A stretch of DNA of 52,934 nt from Gammaproteobacteria bacterium (GTDB lineage: Bacteria; Pseudomonadota; Gammaproteobacteria; JAJDOJ01), in assembly GCA_022340215.1 (NCBI GenBank), contig JAJDOJ010000202.1, forward strand, positions 1-52,934, read 5' to 3'. The first letter of the stretch is position 1; each line of letters starts with the position of its first letter. A model generated the notes under the pieces. It was not told the DNA's origin and searched no databases. It saw only the letters and a program-made list of their open reading frames with translations. Positions 19,940 through 27,747 of this stretch are shown in pieces. The translations under genes and the position numbers were made by a program.

Positions 19940-20803
19940 TTACCTTATCGCTGGTTCGGATCGCTCGGCCGTCTCGCCCGTTTGTCTGGCCGCTTCCGCA
20001 TCCTTGTCCCTTTCGATCAGCGCATATGCCGAGTGGTTGTGGATGGATTCGAAGTTCTCGGATTCCACCACATAGGCAGAGATCCGGTCGTCCAGGTTCA
20101 GCCTCACGGCCATATCCCGGACCAGATCTTCGACGAACTTGGGGTTGTTGAAGGCCTGCTCCGTGACATACTTTTCGTCCGGGCGTTTCAGCAGGCCATA
20201 GAGTTCGCTGGAGGCCTCCTGCTCGACGAGATCGATCAGGTCTTCTATCCAGACGAAATCGCGGAGCCTGACCTTGACGGTCACGTGGGAACGCTGGTTA
20301 TGGGCCCCATAGTCCGAGATCTTCTTGGAACACGGACACAGGCTCGTGACTGGAACGACGGCCTTGATATGCGTGTGCGCCACGCCGTCGACGAATTCTC
20401 CGATGAGGGTGATGTCGTAATCCATCAGGCTCTGCACACCGGAAACCGGGGCAGATTTGTTCACGAAGTACGGGAAGGACATCTCGATGTGTCCGGAATC
20501 CGCCTCGAGTCGCACCGTCATCTCCTTCAGCATCTCGCGGAACGACTTGACCGTGATTTCCCGCTCGTGATTGTTCAGGATCTCCACGAACCGCGACATG
20601 TGCGTGCCCTTGAAGTTGTGTGGCAGGTTTACGTACATGTTGAAACGCGCGATGGTGTGCTGCTCTTCGCCTGCGCGGTCCTGAATGCGCACGGGGTGAA
20701 GGATGTCCTTGATCCCGACCTTGTTGATCGGTATCTGGCGCGTATCCTGCATTGCCTGGATGTCGGGAATGGTGTTGACGATATTCTTGACTACGGTGCT
20801 CAT
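19940..20803 (-). CDS. folE2: GTP cyclohydrolase FolE2 (type IB)
   Basis: 287 aa; …[14 protein letters not shown]… and …SLCPCSK… are FolE2 signatures. Confidence 0.9.
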   Translation of the reverse strand: MSTVVKNIVNTIPDIQAMQDTRQIPINKVGIKDILHPVRIQDRAGEEQHTIARFNMYVNLPHNFKGTHMSRFVEILNNHEREITVKSFREMLKEMTVRLEADSGHIEMSFPYFVNKSAPVSGVQSLMDYDITLIGEFVDGVAHTHIKAVVPVTSLCPCSKKISDYGAHNQRSHVTVKVRLRDFVWIEDLIDLVEQEASSELYGLLKRPDEKYVTEQAFNNPKFVEDLVRDMAVRLNLDDRISAYVVESENFESIHNHSAYALIERDKDAEAARQTGETAERSEPAIR

Positions 20804-20986
20804 GATCGTATGAGAACTGCTCCATCATGCCCGGAACACGCCCCATGGATGCTTCGGCCACTACTTTTCTGAACGGCGTGGTTTCCGCCCCGGGGACGCC
20901 CGTTGGCAGGTTGTCCCTTGGCTACGCTCCGGGAATGGATGCGGGGCTGTAGGAAATGCCGTTGGGTTGAATAACTGAGTAAAGCC

Positions 20987-22879
20987 CTAGGATATTACTT
21001 GAGAACGCAGTGGCTTGCAATTTGGCTTGTCCGACACCATGCAGATCGAACGGAGGATGCCAGCCTCGTCCAGTCCCGCCTCGGCGAGCAGTTGTTCACG
21101 CGAGCCATGCTCCAGGAACCGGTCGGGCAGTCCCAGGTTGAGGGTGGGGGTCTTCACTGCGCTGCAGGCGAGACATTCATTGACCGCGCTGCCGGCACCT
21201 CCGACCACCGCATTATCTTCCACGGTGACGATCAGGTCATGGGTCCTGGCCAGTTCCAAGACCAGGTCTTCGTCCAGGGGTTTGACGAAGCGCATATCGG
21301 CAACGGTAGCCTGCAGCGTCTCCGCCGCTCCCAGGGCCGCCGACAGAGGGCTGCCGAAAGACAGGATCGCGATGCCTTTCCCCCTCCGGCGCAGTACACC
21401 CTTGCCGATGGGCAGGCACTGCATTTCATTCTGCACGATCGCACCGGGGCCCTTCCCGCGCGGGTAACGGACGGCCGCCGGGCCATTCTGCAGATATCCC
21501 GTGTAGAGCATCTGCCGGCACTCGTTCTCATCGGACGGCGCCATGACGATCATATTCGGTACGCACCGCAGGTAGCTCAGGTCGAAGCTGCCGGCGTGGG
21601 TCGGTCCGTCGGGTCCGACGACGCCGGCGCGGTCGATGGCGAACAGCACCGGGAGGTTCTGCAACGCGATGTCGTGGATCAACTGGTCGTAGGCCCGCTG
21701 CAGGAACGTCGAATAGATCGCGACCACGGGCTTGGCCCCCTCGTGCGCCATTCCGGCCGCGACCGTGACCGAGTGCTGCTCGGCGATGCCGACGTCGAAA
21801 TAGCGTTGTGGGTATTCCTGGTCGAAGCGCACGAGACCCGACCCCTCACGCATCGCGGGCGTGATGCCGATCAGGCGATCGTCCGCAGCAGCCATATCGC
21901 AGATCCAGTCCCCGAACACCTTAGTATAGGTTGGACTCGAAGGTTTCTTGTCCGCCACCACGCCCACGTTCGGGTCGAACCTGGGAACCGCGTGATACCC
22001 AACCGGATCCGCCTCGGCCGGTTCGTATCCCTTTCCCTTGCGCGTCACCGTGTGCAGCATCCGGGGGCCCTTGTGGGAACGCAGATTGCGGAGGGTCTGA
22101 ACCAGGCCGATGACGTCGTGTCCGTCGACGGGACCGAAATAGTTCACACCGAGTTCCTCGAACAGCGTTCCGGGGGCGATCATGCCCTTGACGTGTTCCT
22201 CGGTGCGCTTGGCCAGCTCCCACATCGGGGGCATCTGTTTGAGGATCTTCTTGCTCCCCTCGCGCATCGAGGAGTAAACCCTGCCGGAGAGCAGTCGGGT
22301 AAGGTAGTTTGTCATTGCCCCGACGTTGGGCGAAATCGACATTTCGTTGTCGTTGAGAACCACCAGGACGTCGGCATAGACATCGCCCAGGTGATTGAGG
22401 GCCTCGAACGCCATACCGGCAGTCATGGCGCCGTCCCCGATGACCGCGACACACTTGTGTTTCTCGCCCCGGTGCCTGAACGCGAGGGCCATACCCAGCG
22501 CGGCGCTGATAGACGTGCTGGAGTGACCGACCCCGAAGGTGTCGTACTCACTTTCTGTGGGGGTCGGGAACGGGGCGAGTCCGCCCTGCTGACGTATGGA
22601 AGATATCCGGTCGCGCCGCCCGGTCAGGATCTTGTGAGGATACGACTGGTGTCCGACGTCCCATACCAACCTGTCGTATGGCGTGTCGAAGGCATAGTGC
22701 AGGGCCACCGTCAGTTCTATCGTGCCCAGCCCGGCCGCGAAGTGCCCACCGCAACCCGAGACGGAATGCAGGAGACAGGAGCGCAGCTCGTCGCAGAGCG
22801 CCGGGAGGTCCTGCGCCGGCAATCTGCGGAGGTCGGCAGGCGAATCGATACGCCCTAGTAGTGGATACTCGTCGTTCAT
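20987..22879 (-). CDS. dxs: 1-deoxy-D-xylulose-5-phosphate synthase
   Basis: 630 aa from the ATG at 22879 ([20 protein letters not shown]…). TPP-binding GDG…NDN and transketolase-like domains are present. It lies downstream of ispA. Confidence 0.95.
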   Translation of the reverse strand: MNDEYPLLGRIDSPADLRRLPAQDLPALCDELRSCLLHSVSGCGGHFAAGLGTIELTVALHYAFDTPYDRLVWDVGHQSYPHKILTGRRDRISSIRQQGGLAPFPTPTESEYDTFGVGHSSTSISAALGMALAFRHRGEKHKCVAVIGDGAMTAGMAFEALNHLGDVYADVLVVLNDNEMSISPNVGAMTNYLTRLLSGRVYSSMREGSKKILKQMPPMWELAKRTEEHVKGMIAPGTLFEELGVNYFGPVDGHDVIGLVQTLRNLRSHKGPRMLHTVTRKGKGYEPAEADPVGYHAVPRFDPNVGVVADKKPSSPTYTKVFGDWICDMAAADDRLIGITPAMREGSGLVRFDQEYPQRYFDVGIAEQHSVTVAAGMAHEGAKPVVAIYSTFLQRAYDQLIHDIALQNLPVLFAIDRAGVVGPDGPTHAGSFDLSYLRCVPNMIVMAPSDENECRQMLYTGYLQNGPAAVRYPRGKGPGAIVQNEMQCLPIGKGVLRRRGKGIAILSFGSPLSAALGAAETLQATVADMRFVKPLDEDLVLELARTHDLIVTVEDNAVVGGAGSAVNECLACSAVKTPTLNLGLPDRFLEHGSREQLLAEAGLDEAGILRSICMVSDKPNCKPLRSQVIS

Positions 22880-23163
22880 AATATTTCGCTTAATCGGCGG
22901 ATTATCCAGCGCCACTGGAGTCCATGCAAGCCGTTTTCCGGTCACTCCCAGCTTTTCAGGGGGAGACTGAATGCCGGTGTTGTGCTCGCTTGCGGACCCG
23001 CCATCCGTGGCGGCGGTAACCGACGGCGATTCCTTGACGTTGTTCGTTCGGGCGCCGGGCGCGGTCTGGAAGGGTGGGGAATGAGGCTCCTGGATGGCGG
23101 GTGATCCGGATCCGAACCGTGCGATGCGATGGTCCCGGCCCGAGAAGAGTGCTCCGAGCGGGT

Positions 23164-24066
23164 TCAGCGCCGGCGCGTTACGATATACGCGGCGATGTCC
23201 TTCAGCAGGGAGGCCGAATCCCCCAGGTCCGACAGACTGGCGATCGCTTCGCCGTAGAGGTCCTGAGCCCGTTTTCTGGAATCCGATAGACCCAGGATCG
23301 CCGGATAGGTCGGTTTGTTCCGGTCACTGTCCGATCCCTGGGGTTTGCCCAGGGTTTCGGTGTCCCCTTCCACGTCCAGCACGTCGTCATGGATCTGAAA
23401 GGCGAGCCCGATGCACTTGGAGAAGTGGTCCAGACGTTCCAGTGTTGCATCGTTGATGCCGGGCCTCGCGTATGCAGCCAGCATTACGCTGGCGCGGATG
23501 AGCGCGCCGGTCTTGTGGATATGCATGTCTTCGAGCTCGCTCAGGTTGAGCGTCTGACCGACCGATGCCAGATCGATGGCCTGTCCGCCGGCCATGCCGC
23601 GCGATCCCGCGGCGCGGGCCAGCACCTCAATCATCTTCAATCGGGTGCCGGCAGAGTCGGGGCCGTTTGGATCCACGCTAACGATGTAGAAGGCCAGTGC
23701 CTGGATCGCATCGCCGGCCAGGATAGCGGACGCCTCGCCGTAGGCCTTGTGGCAGGTGGGTTTTCCGCGGCGCAGGTCGTCGTCGTCCATGGCCGGCAAG
23801 TCGTCGTGAATCAGCGAATAGGCGTGGATCAGTTCGACAGCCGCAGCGGCCCCGTCGAGGGAATCGAGCGGGATATCGAGTGCTATGCCCGTGGCGTAGA
23901 TCAAGGCCGGCCGGATGCGTTTGCCGCCGTTCAGAACGGAGTAACGCATTGCCTCGTGGAGCGGGGCCGGGTGGATGTTTTCCTTTGGGACCCAGCGATC
24001 CAGGACGGTCTCCACGCGCTGGCTGAGGGAGCTGAGCTGCGCCTCGGTGACTTTCAGCCGGTTCAC
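23164..24066 (-). CDS. ispA: Farnesyl diphosphate synthase ((2E,6E)-FPP synthase)
   Basis: 300 aa with the two Asp-rich motifs [14 protein letters not shown] and FQIHDDVLD. Confidence 0.9.
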   Translation of the reverse strand: MNRLKVTEAQLSSLSQRVETVLDRWVPKENIHPAPLHEAMRYSVLNGGKRIRPALIYATGIALDIPLDSLDGAAAAVELIHAYSLIHDDLPAMDDDDLRRGKPTCHKAYGEASAILAGDAIQALAFYIVSVDPNGPDSAGTRLKMIEVLARAAGSRGMAGGQAIDLASVGQTLNLSELEDMHIHKTGALIRASVMLAAYARPGINDATLERLDHFSKCIGLAFQIHDDVLDVEGDTETLGKPQGSDSDRNKPTYPAILGLSDSRKRAQDLYGEAIASLSDLGDSASLLKDIAAYIVTRRR

Positions 24067-24173
24067 CCGGTCTCCTCGAGGGTTGTGTCATGGTATCCCA
24101 CCGGTGCCGGCGGAGATCGCTCCTTCGACACCCAGGCGTCGAGCCAGGTCCGGGACGTCAGGTGCCCACAACC

Positions 24174-24336
24174 TAAGGCGATTTCTGTCATAATGACATA
24201 CGATGCTGTTTGTCTTTTCGTCCGTCCTCCGTGTTGCGACAACAGCGACATAGCTCGACTATGCGCCTGTTGTCGCGCCTCGATGACGAACGAAAATCCG
24301 GCGCGATGTGGTATGCCCTTTTCCGGCAATCGCCTA
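24174..24336 (+). repeat. Palindromic MITE-like repeat, full copy A
   Basis: The 163-nt element is bounded by TA. Its ends are TA-AGGCGATT… and …AATCGCC-TA (imperfect terminal inverted repeats). The core hairpin is GCGACAACAG-CGA-CATAG-ctcga-CTATG-CGC-CTGTTGTCGC. It is about 90% identical by eye to 52081-52242. Confidence 0.7.
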
Positions 24337-24444
24337 AACCTTCAGCAACCGGCCGCGTCGGGACCGTGCCCTCGTATCTTTCGAACCTGCGCCGGGACGG
24401 GTCGCGGGCAGGAGCTAGTCTATCATCTAACGGTCAGGTAACGG

Positions 24445-24729
24445 TCAGGGTTTCACGGATTCGTCGCGCCCGGGGCCCGTGGCGATGGAAGGGTCGAAAT
24501 CCCGTTCGCCGCCGTCGTCGCTCAGGATCCTGACCCTTTGTTCGGCGGTCTTCAATTCCGCTTCACAGGCCTTCACCAGGCGCATGCCGTACTCGAAGGA
24601 CTCGAGGGAGTTCTCCAGGGAAAGCGTCCCCTGTTCGAGTTGTCCCACCAGTTTCTCGAGGGCATCGAGTTTTTGCTCGAATCCTCGGGGCATGGAGGGC
24701 GATTTTTTCGGTGTCTTCTGCTGCGCCAC
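24445..24729 (-). CDS. xseB: Exodeoxyribonuclease VII small subunit
   Basis: …FEQKLDALEKLVGQLEQGTLSLENSLESFEYGMRLVKACEAELKTAEQRVRIL… matches the XseB pattern. It lies upstream of ispA-dxs as in E. coli. The start is GTG 24729 (GGGA about 9 nt upstream) or ATG 24693. Confidence 0.8.
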   Translation of the reverse strand: MAQQKTPKKSPSMPRGFEQKLDALEKLVGQLEQGTLSLENSLESFEYGMRLVKACEAELKTAEQRVRILSDDGGERDFDPSIATGPGRDESVKP

Positions 24730-24808
24730 TATATAATTCCCGCGGTTGCCGTTTCGTCCCCTGCGAAACCTTAACACGAGGCCATTTCCCGTGGATCGCC
24801 GCGTCGTG

Positions 24809-24837
24809 TTGACAACAAACCAGCCGTGGCTTACAGT
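24809..24837 (+). promoter_or_regulatory. Sigma70-type promoter of the rubrerythrin operon
   Basis: TTGACA (24809-24814), a 17-nt spacer, then TACAGT (24832-24837), about 75 nt upstream of the ATG at 24913. Confidence 0.5.
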
Positions 24838-24845
24838 TCCACTCA

Positions 24846-24866
24846 GATTTAGAATTAGTCTAAATC
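24846..24866. promoter_or_regulatory. 21-bp palindromic operator, Fur-family (PerR-like) box candidate
   Basis: The sequence is GATTTAGAATTAGTCTAAATC. It has 8-bp perfect outer arms plus one inner pair, giving 10-1-10 symmetry with one mismatch. It starts 9 nt after the -10 hexamer. The central 7-1-7 (TTAGAAT-T-AGTCTAA) matches 11 of 14 positions of TTATAAT-N-ATTATAA. Confidence 0.5.
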
Positions 24867-24912
24867 ATGTCGCTGGTAATATTTTCATTCCATCCTTTGG
24901 AGGTAACTGACA

Positions 24913-25332
24913 ATGTCACTGAAAGGCTCAAAGACCGAGCAGTCACTCAAGGACGCATTCGCTGGTGAGTCACAGGCAAACCGCCGCTATCTGTATTTCG
25001 CATCCAAGGCCGATGTCGAAGGCTACAACGACGTCGCGGCCGTGTTCCGTTCCACCGCCGAAGGCGAGACCGGACACGCTCACGGCCATCTGGAATATCT
25101 CGAGGAGTGCGGCGACCCCGCCACTGGACTGCCCTTCGGCCCGACCGACGAGAACCTGAAGACGGCGATTGCCGGTGAAACGCACGAGTACACCGACATG
25201 TATCCCGGCATGGCCAAGGGCGCGCGTGAAGAAGGTTTCGACGAGATCGCCGACTGGTTCGAAACCTTGGCGAAAGCCGAGCGTTCTCACGCCAACCGAT
25301 TCCAGAAGGCTCTGAATTCTCTCGGCGACTGA
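24913..25332 (+). CDS. Rubrerythrin family protein without rubredoxin domain (erythrin type)
   Basis: 139 aa; …[13 protein letters not shown]…, EGETGHA…, …GETHEY… and …AERSHANRF are the four-helix diiron E/ExxH motifs. There is no C-terminal CxxC pair. GGAGG lies 9 nt upstream of the ATG. Confidence 0.85.
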   Translation: MSLKGSKTEQSLKDAFAGESQANRRYLYFASKADVEGYNDVAAVFRSTAEGETGHAHGHLEYLEECGDPATGLPFGPTDENLKTAIAGETHEYTDMYPGMAKGAREEGFDEIADWFETLAKAERSHANRFQKALNSLGD

Positions 25333-25461
25333 AGCCGGACGAGAAGAAGTACGGGGCCGACGATCCGGTCCCGTCTTCCCTTATGCATACCGGCGCAGAT
25401 TCCCACCATCGTCCCGAGGCGGTAGGCCAGCGTACACCCGATCCAGGAGAGCGTTAAGAAA

Positions 25462-26808
25462 ATGGCGACAGCTACCGAAGGCCAGCGCGAAGGCAGCCTG
25501 GAGGCGCCCACGCGGCACCCGCTGGGTTGGCGCGGCCCGGAGTTCTACGACGAGGAATCGCTGTTCTCGGAACTGGAACGTGTCTACGACATCTGCCACG
25601 GATGTCGGCGGTGCGTCAGTCTGTGTAATTCGTTCCCCACACTGTTCGATCTCGTCGATGAATCGGACACCATGGAGGTCGACGGGGTCGACAAGAAGGA
25701 CTACTGGCAGGTGGTGGATCACTGTTATCTCTGCGATCTCTGTTACCTGACCAAGTGCCCCTACGTACCGCCTCACAAGTGGAACGTCGACTTCCCACAC
25801 CTCATGCTTCGGGCCAAGGCGGTCAAGTACAGGCAGGGAAAGGTCAAGCGCCGCGACAGAATCCTGACCTCAACGGACACCGTCGGTCGGCTCGCCGGTA
25901 TTCCGGTCGTGGTCCAGGCGGTCAACGCCGCGAATCACAACGGTGCAGCGCGTAAGCTGCTGCAGAAGACGCTTGGTATTCATGCCGATGCCGTTCTGCC
26001 CGAGTATCATTCGAAGACCGCCAGAAAGCGCCTTTCCGGCGTGCGCAGTCCAGTCACGAGCCCGGAGCCAGCCGGCAGGACGCGGGGACGTGTCGCCCTT
26101 TTCGCGACCTGCTATGGAGACCGGAACGAACCGCAGGTCGTCGAAGACCTTGCCAGTGTGTTTACGCACAACGGGATCGAGGTGACGCTGGCGAAAAAGG
26201 AACAGTGTTGCGGCATGCCGAAGCTGGAACTGGGAGACCTCGAGGCGGTCGAGGCTGCAAAGGACGCCAACATCCCGGTACTGACAGGCATGATCGACGA
26301 AGGCTGGGACATCGTCGCGCCGGTCCCGTCCTGTGTATTGATGTTCAAGCAGGAGCTCCCGCTGATGTTCCCCGACGACGAGGAGGTCGCCAGGGTTCGC
26401 GACCACATCTTCGATCCGTTCGAATACCTGATGATCCGTCACGCCGAAGGCAAGCTGAATACCGACTTCAAGAACCCGCTGGGCAAGGTCGCTTATCACG
26501 CTGCTTGCCATCTTCGAGTCCAGAAGATCGGTTTGAAGACTCGGGACCTGTTCAACCTCGTACCCGGAACCGAACTCGATGTGATCGAACGCTGTTCGGG
26601 GCACGACGGGACCTATGCCGTCAAGCAGGAGTATCACGAGATATCGATGAGAATCTGCCGTCCGGTGGTCACTCGTGTGAAGAAGGCCGAGGCCGACCAC
26701 TACGCCAGCGACTGCCCGATGGCCGGGCATCAGATCGAGAACGGTCTGAAGGATGACAGTGCGCCCGAACATCCCCTGACGCTGCTGCGACAGGCCTACG
26801 GGATCTGA
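25462..26808 (+). CDS. (Fe-S)-binding oxidoreductase, heterodisulfide reductase-related (2x[4Fe-4S] plus CCG domains; GlpC/HdrD-like)
   Basis: 448 aa with two ferredoxin-type motifs, CHGCRRCVSLC and CYLCDLCYLTKCP. It has a CCG motif (EQCCGMP) and a second Cys-rich repeat (ERCSGHDG). Confidence 0.85.
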   Translation: MATATEGQREGSLEAPTRHPLGWRGPEFYDEESLFSELERVYDICHGCRRCVSLCNSFPTLFDLVDESDTMEVDGVDKKDYWQVVDHCYLCDLCYLTKCPYVPPHKWNVDFPHLMLRAKAVKYRQGKVKRRDRILTSTDTVGRLAGIPVVVQAVNAANHNGAARKLLQKTLGIHADAVLPEYHSKTARKRLSGVRSPVTSPEPAGRTRGRVALFATCYGDRNEPQVVEDLASVFTHNGIEVTLAKKEQCCGMPKLELGDLEAVEAAKDANIPVLTGMIDEGWDIVAPVPSCVLMFKQELPLMFPDDEEVARVRDHIFDPFEYLMIRHAEGKLNTDFKNPLGKVAYHAACHLRVQKIGLKTRDLFNLVPGTELDVIERCSGHDGTYAVKQEYHEISMRICRPVVTRVKKAEADHYASDCPMAGHQIENGLKDDSAPEHPLTLLRQAYGI

Positions 26809-26835
26809 ACTAATTCTTTTAAGGAGCGAAAAAGG

Positions 26836-27141
26836 ATGTCGAACGAAGGCTATCACGAACCGATTGGCGAACTCTCTGACGAAACGCGCGACATGCATCG
26901 TGCGATCGTCTCGTTGATGGAAGAACTGGAGGCTGTGGACTGGTACAACCAAAGGGTCGACGCCTGTCGGGACGAGGAACTGCGGGCCATCCTCGCTCAC
27001 AATCGTGACGAGGAGAAGGAGCATGCTTCGATGGTACTGGAATGGATCAGGAGGCGCGATCCGACCATGGATAAAGAGCTGAAGGACTACCTGTTCACCG
27101 AGGCTCCCATCGCGTCGCTGGAGCACGGGCACAAGGAGTGA
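26836..27141 (+). CDS. Encapsulated-ferritin-like (EncFtn family) protein lacking a cargo-loading tail
   Basis: 101 aa. HRAIVSLMEELEAVDWYNQRVDACRDEELRAILAHNRDEEKEHASMVLEWIRRRD matches the EncFtn core as I recall it from the Rhodospirillum rubrum protein, including the Glu/ExxH metal ligands. The C-terminus (…TEAPIASLEHGHKE) has no Gly/Ser-Leu-rich targeting peptide. AAGGAG lies upstream. Confidence 0.75.
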   Translation: MSNEGYHEPIGELSDETRDMHRAIVSLMEELEAVDWYNQRVDACRDEELRAILAHNRDEEKEHASMVLEWIRRRDPTMDKELKDYLFTEAPIASLEHGHKE

Positions 27142-27146
27142 TTCTG

Positions 27147-27731
27147 ATGGACAAGTTGAAGCGGGGGGACCTCTACTCCCTCGAGAAGTATGCCGAGATC
27201 CGGCCCGAATTCCGCAAGCAGGTCATGGCGCACAAGAAAACCCGGCTTGTGCACATTGGCCCCAACGTCACGATCCATTTCGAGGACCGGTTGGTGATGC
27301 AGTACCAGATCCAGGAGATGCTGCGTGCCGAGCGCATCTACGAGGGTGAGGCCATCCTGGAAGAGTTGGACGCGTACAATCCGTTGATTCCCGACGGATC
27401 CAACTGGAAGGCGACACTGATGATCGAGTTTGAGGACGAGCATGAGCGGCAGCGCCAACTCGCCTTGCTCAAGGGACTCGAGGCCGCTACCTGGGTCCGC
27501 GTCGGCACCCTGGACAGGGTCCATCCGATCGCCAACGAGGACCTGGAACGCGAAACCGAGGAGAAGACCTCCTCGGTTCATTTCCTGCGTTTCGAGCTGA
27601 CCCCGGAGATGGTGGCCGCGGCACAGGACGGAGCGCCGATAGGGGTCGGTGTCGATCACCCGCGATACCGCTACGAGCTAGACGCGGTGCCCGAGGCGGT
27701 TCGGGACTCGCTGGTCAATGATCTAAGCTGA
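27147..27731 (+). CDS. DUF3501 family protein
   Basis: 194 aa. The ATG is preceded by AAGGAG with an 8-nt spacer and starts 5 nt after the EncFtn-like stop. The sequence (…VHIGPNVTIHFEDRLVMQYQIQEMLRAERI…) and its position next to rubrerythrin and a CCG Fe-S protein fit my recollection of this family. Confidence 0.7.
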   Translation: MDKLKRGDLYSLEKYAEIRPEFRKQVMAHKKTRLVHIGPNVTIHFEDRLVMQYQIQEMLRAERIYEGEAILEELDAYNPLIPDGSNWKATLMIEFEDEHERQRQLALLKGLEAATWVRVGTLDRVHPIANEDLERETEEKTSSVHFLRFELTPEMVAAAQDGAPIGVGVDHPRYRYELDAVPEAVRDSLVNDLS

Positions 27732-27747
27732 TCCGCCGGATCAATCG

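Noticed and set aside
20999-22858. Very long antisense ORFs fully overlapping real genes. Examples: 619 aa opposite dxs; 480 aa at 9903-11345 and 363 aa at 9565-10656 overlapping proS (plus and minus strand respectively); 433 aa at 28099-29400 opposite the FAAL gene; 420 aa at 25870-27132 opposite the Fe-S/EncFtn genes; 442 aa at 46977-48305 opposite htpG; 334 aa at 35667-36671 opposite sdhA.
   Set aside because: These are typical shadow ORFs of GC-rich genomes, where codon bias suppresses stop codons in alternative frames. Their translations are Arg/Gly/His/Asp/Pro-rich low-complexity strings with no recognisable motifs. In every case the overlapped gene is an unambiguous conserved protein.
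24210-24533. ORF 24210-24533 (+) and ORF 15171-15455 (-) share the peptide DDER.SGA.WYA.FRQSPK, which suggested a repeated small-protein gene.
   Set aside because: The shared peptide maps exactly onto the right arm of the MITE-like repeat. Similarity stops at the element boundary. Substitutions between copies are not synonymous-biased. Both ORFs run on into antisense or overlapping regions of real genes (xseB, perM).
27732-27747. Palindrome TGATCCGCCGGATCA between the convergent DUF3501 and FAAL genes, considered as a bidirectional terminator.
   Set aside because: The stem is only about 5 bp once a viable loop is allowed, and there is no flanking T/A tract. This is too weak to call.
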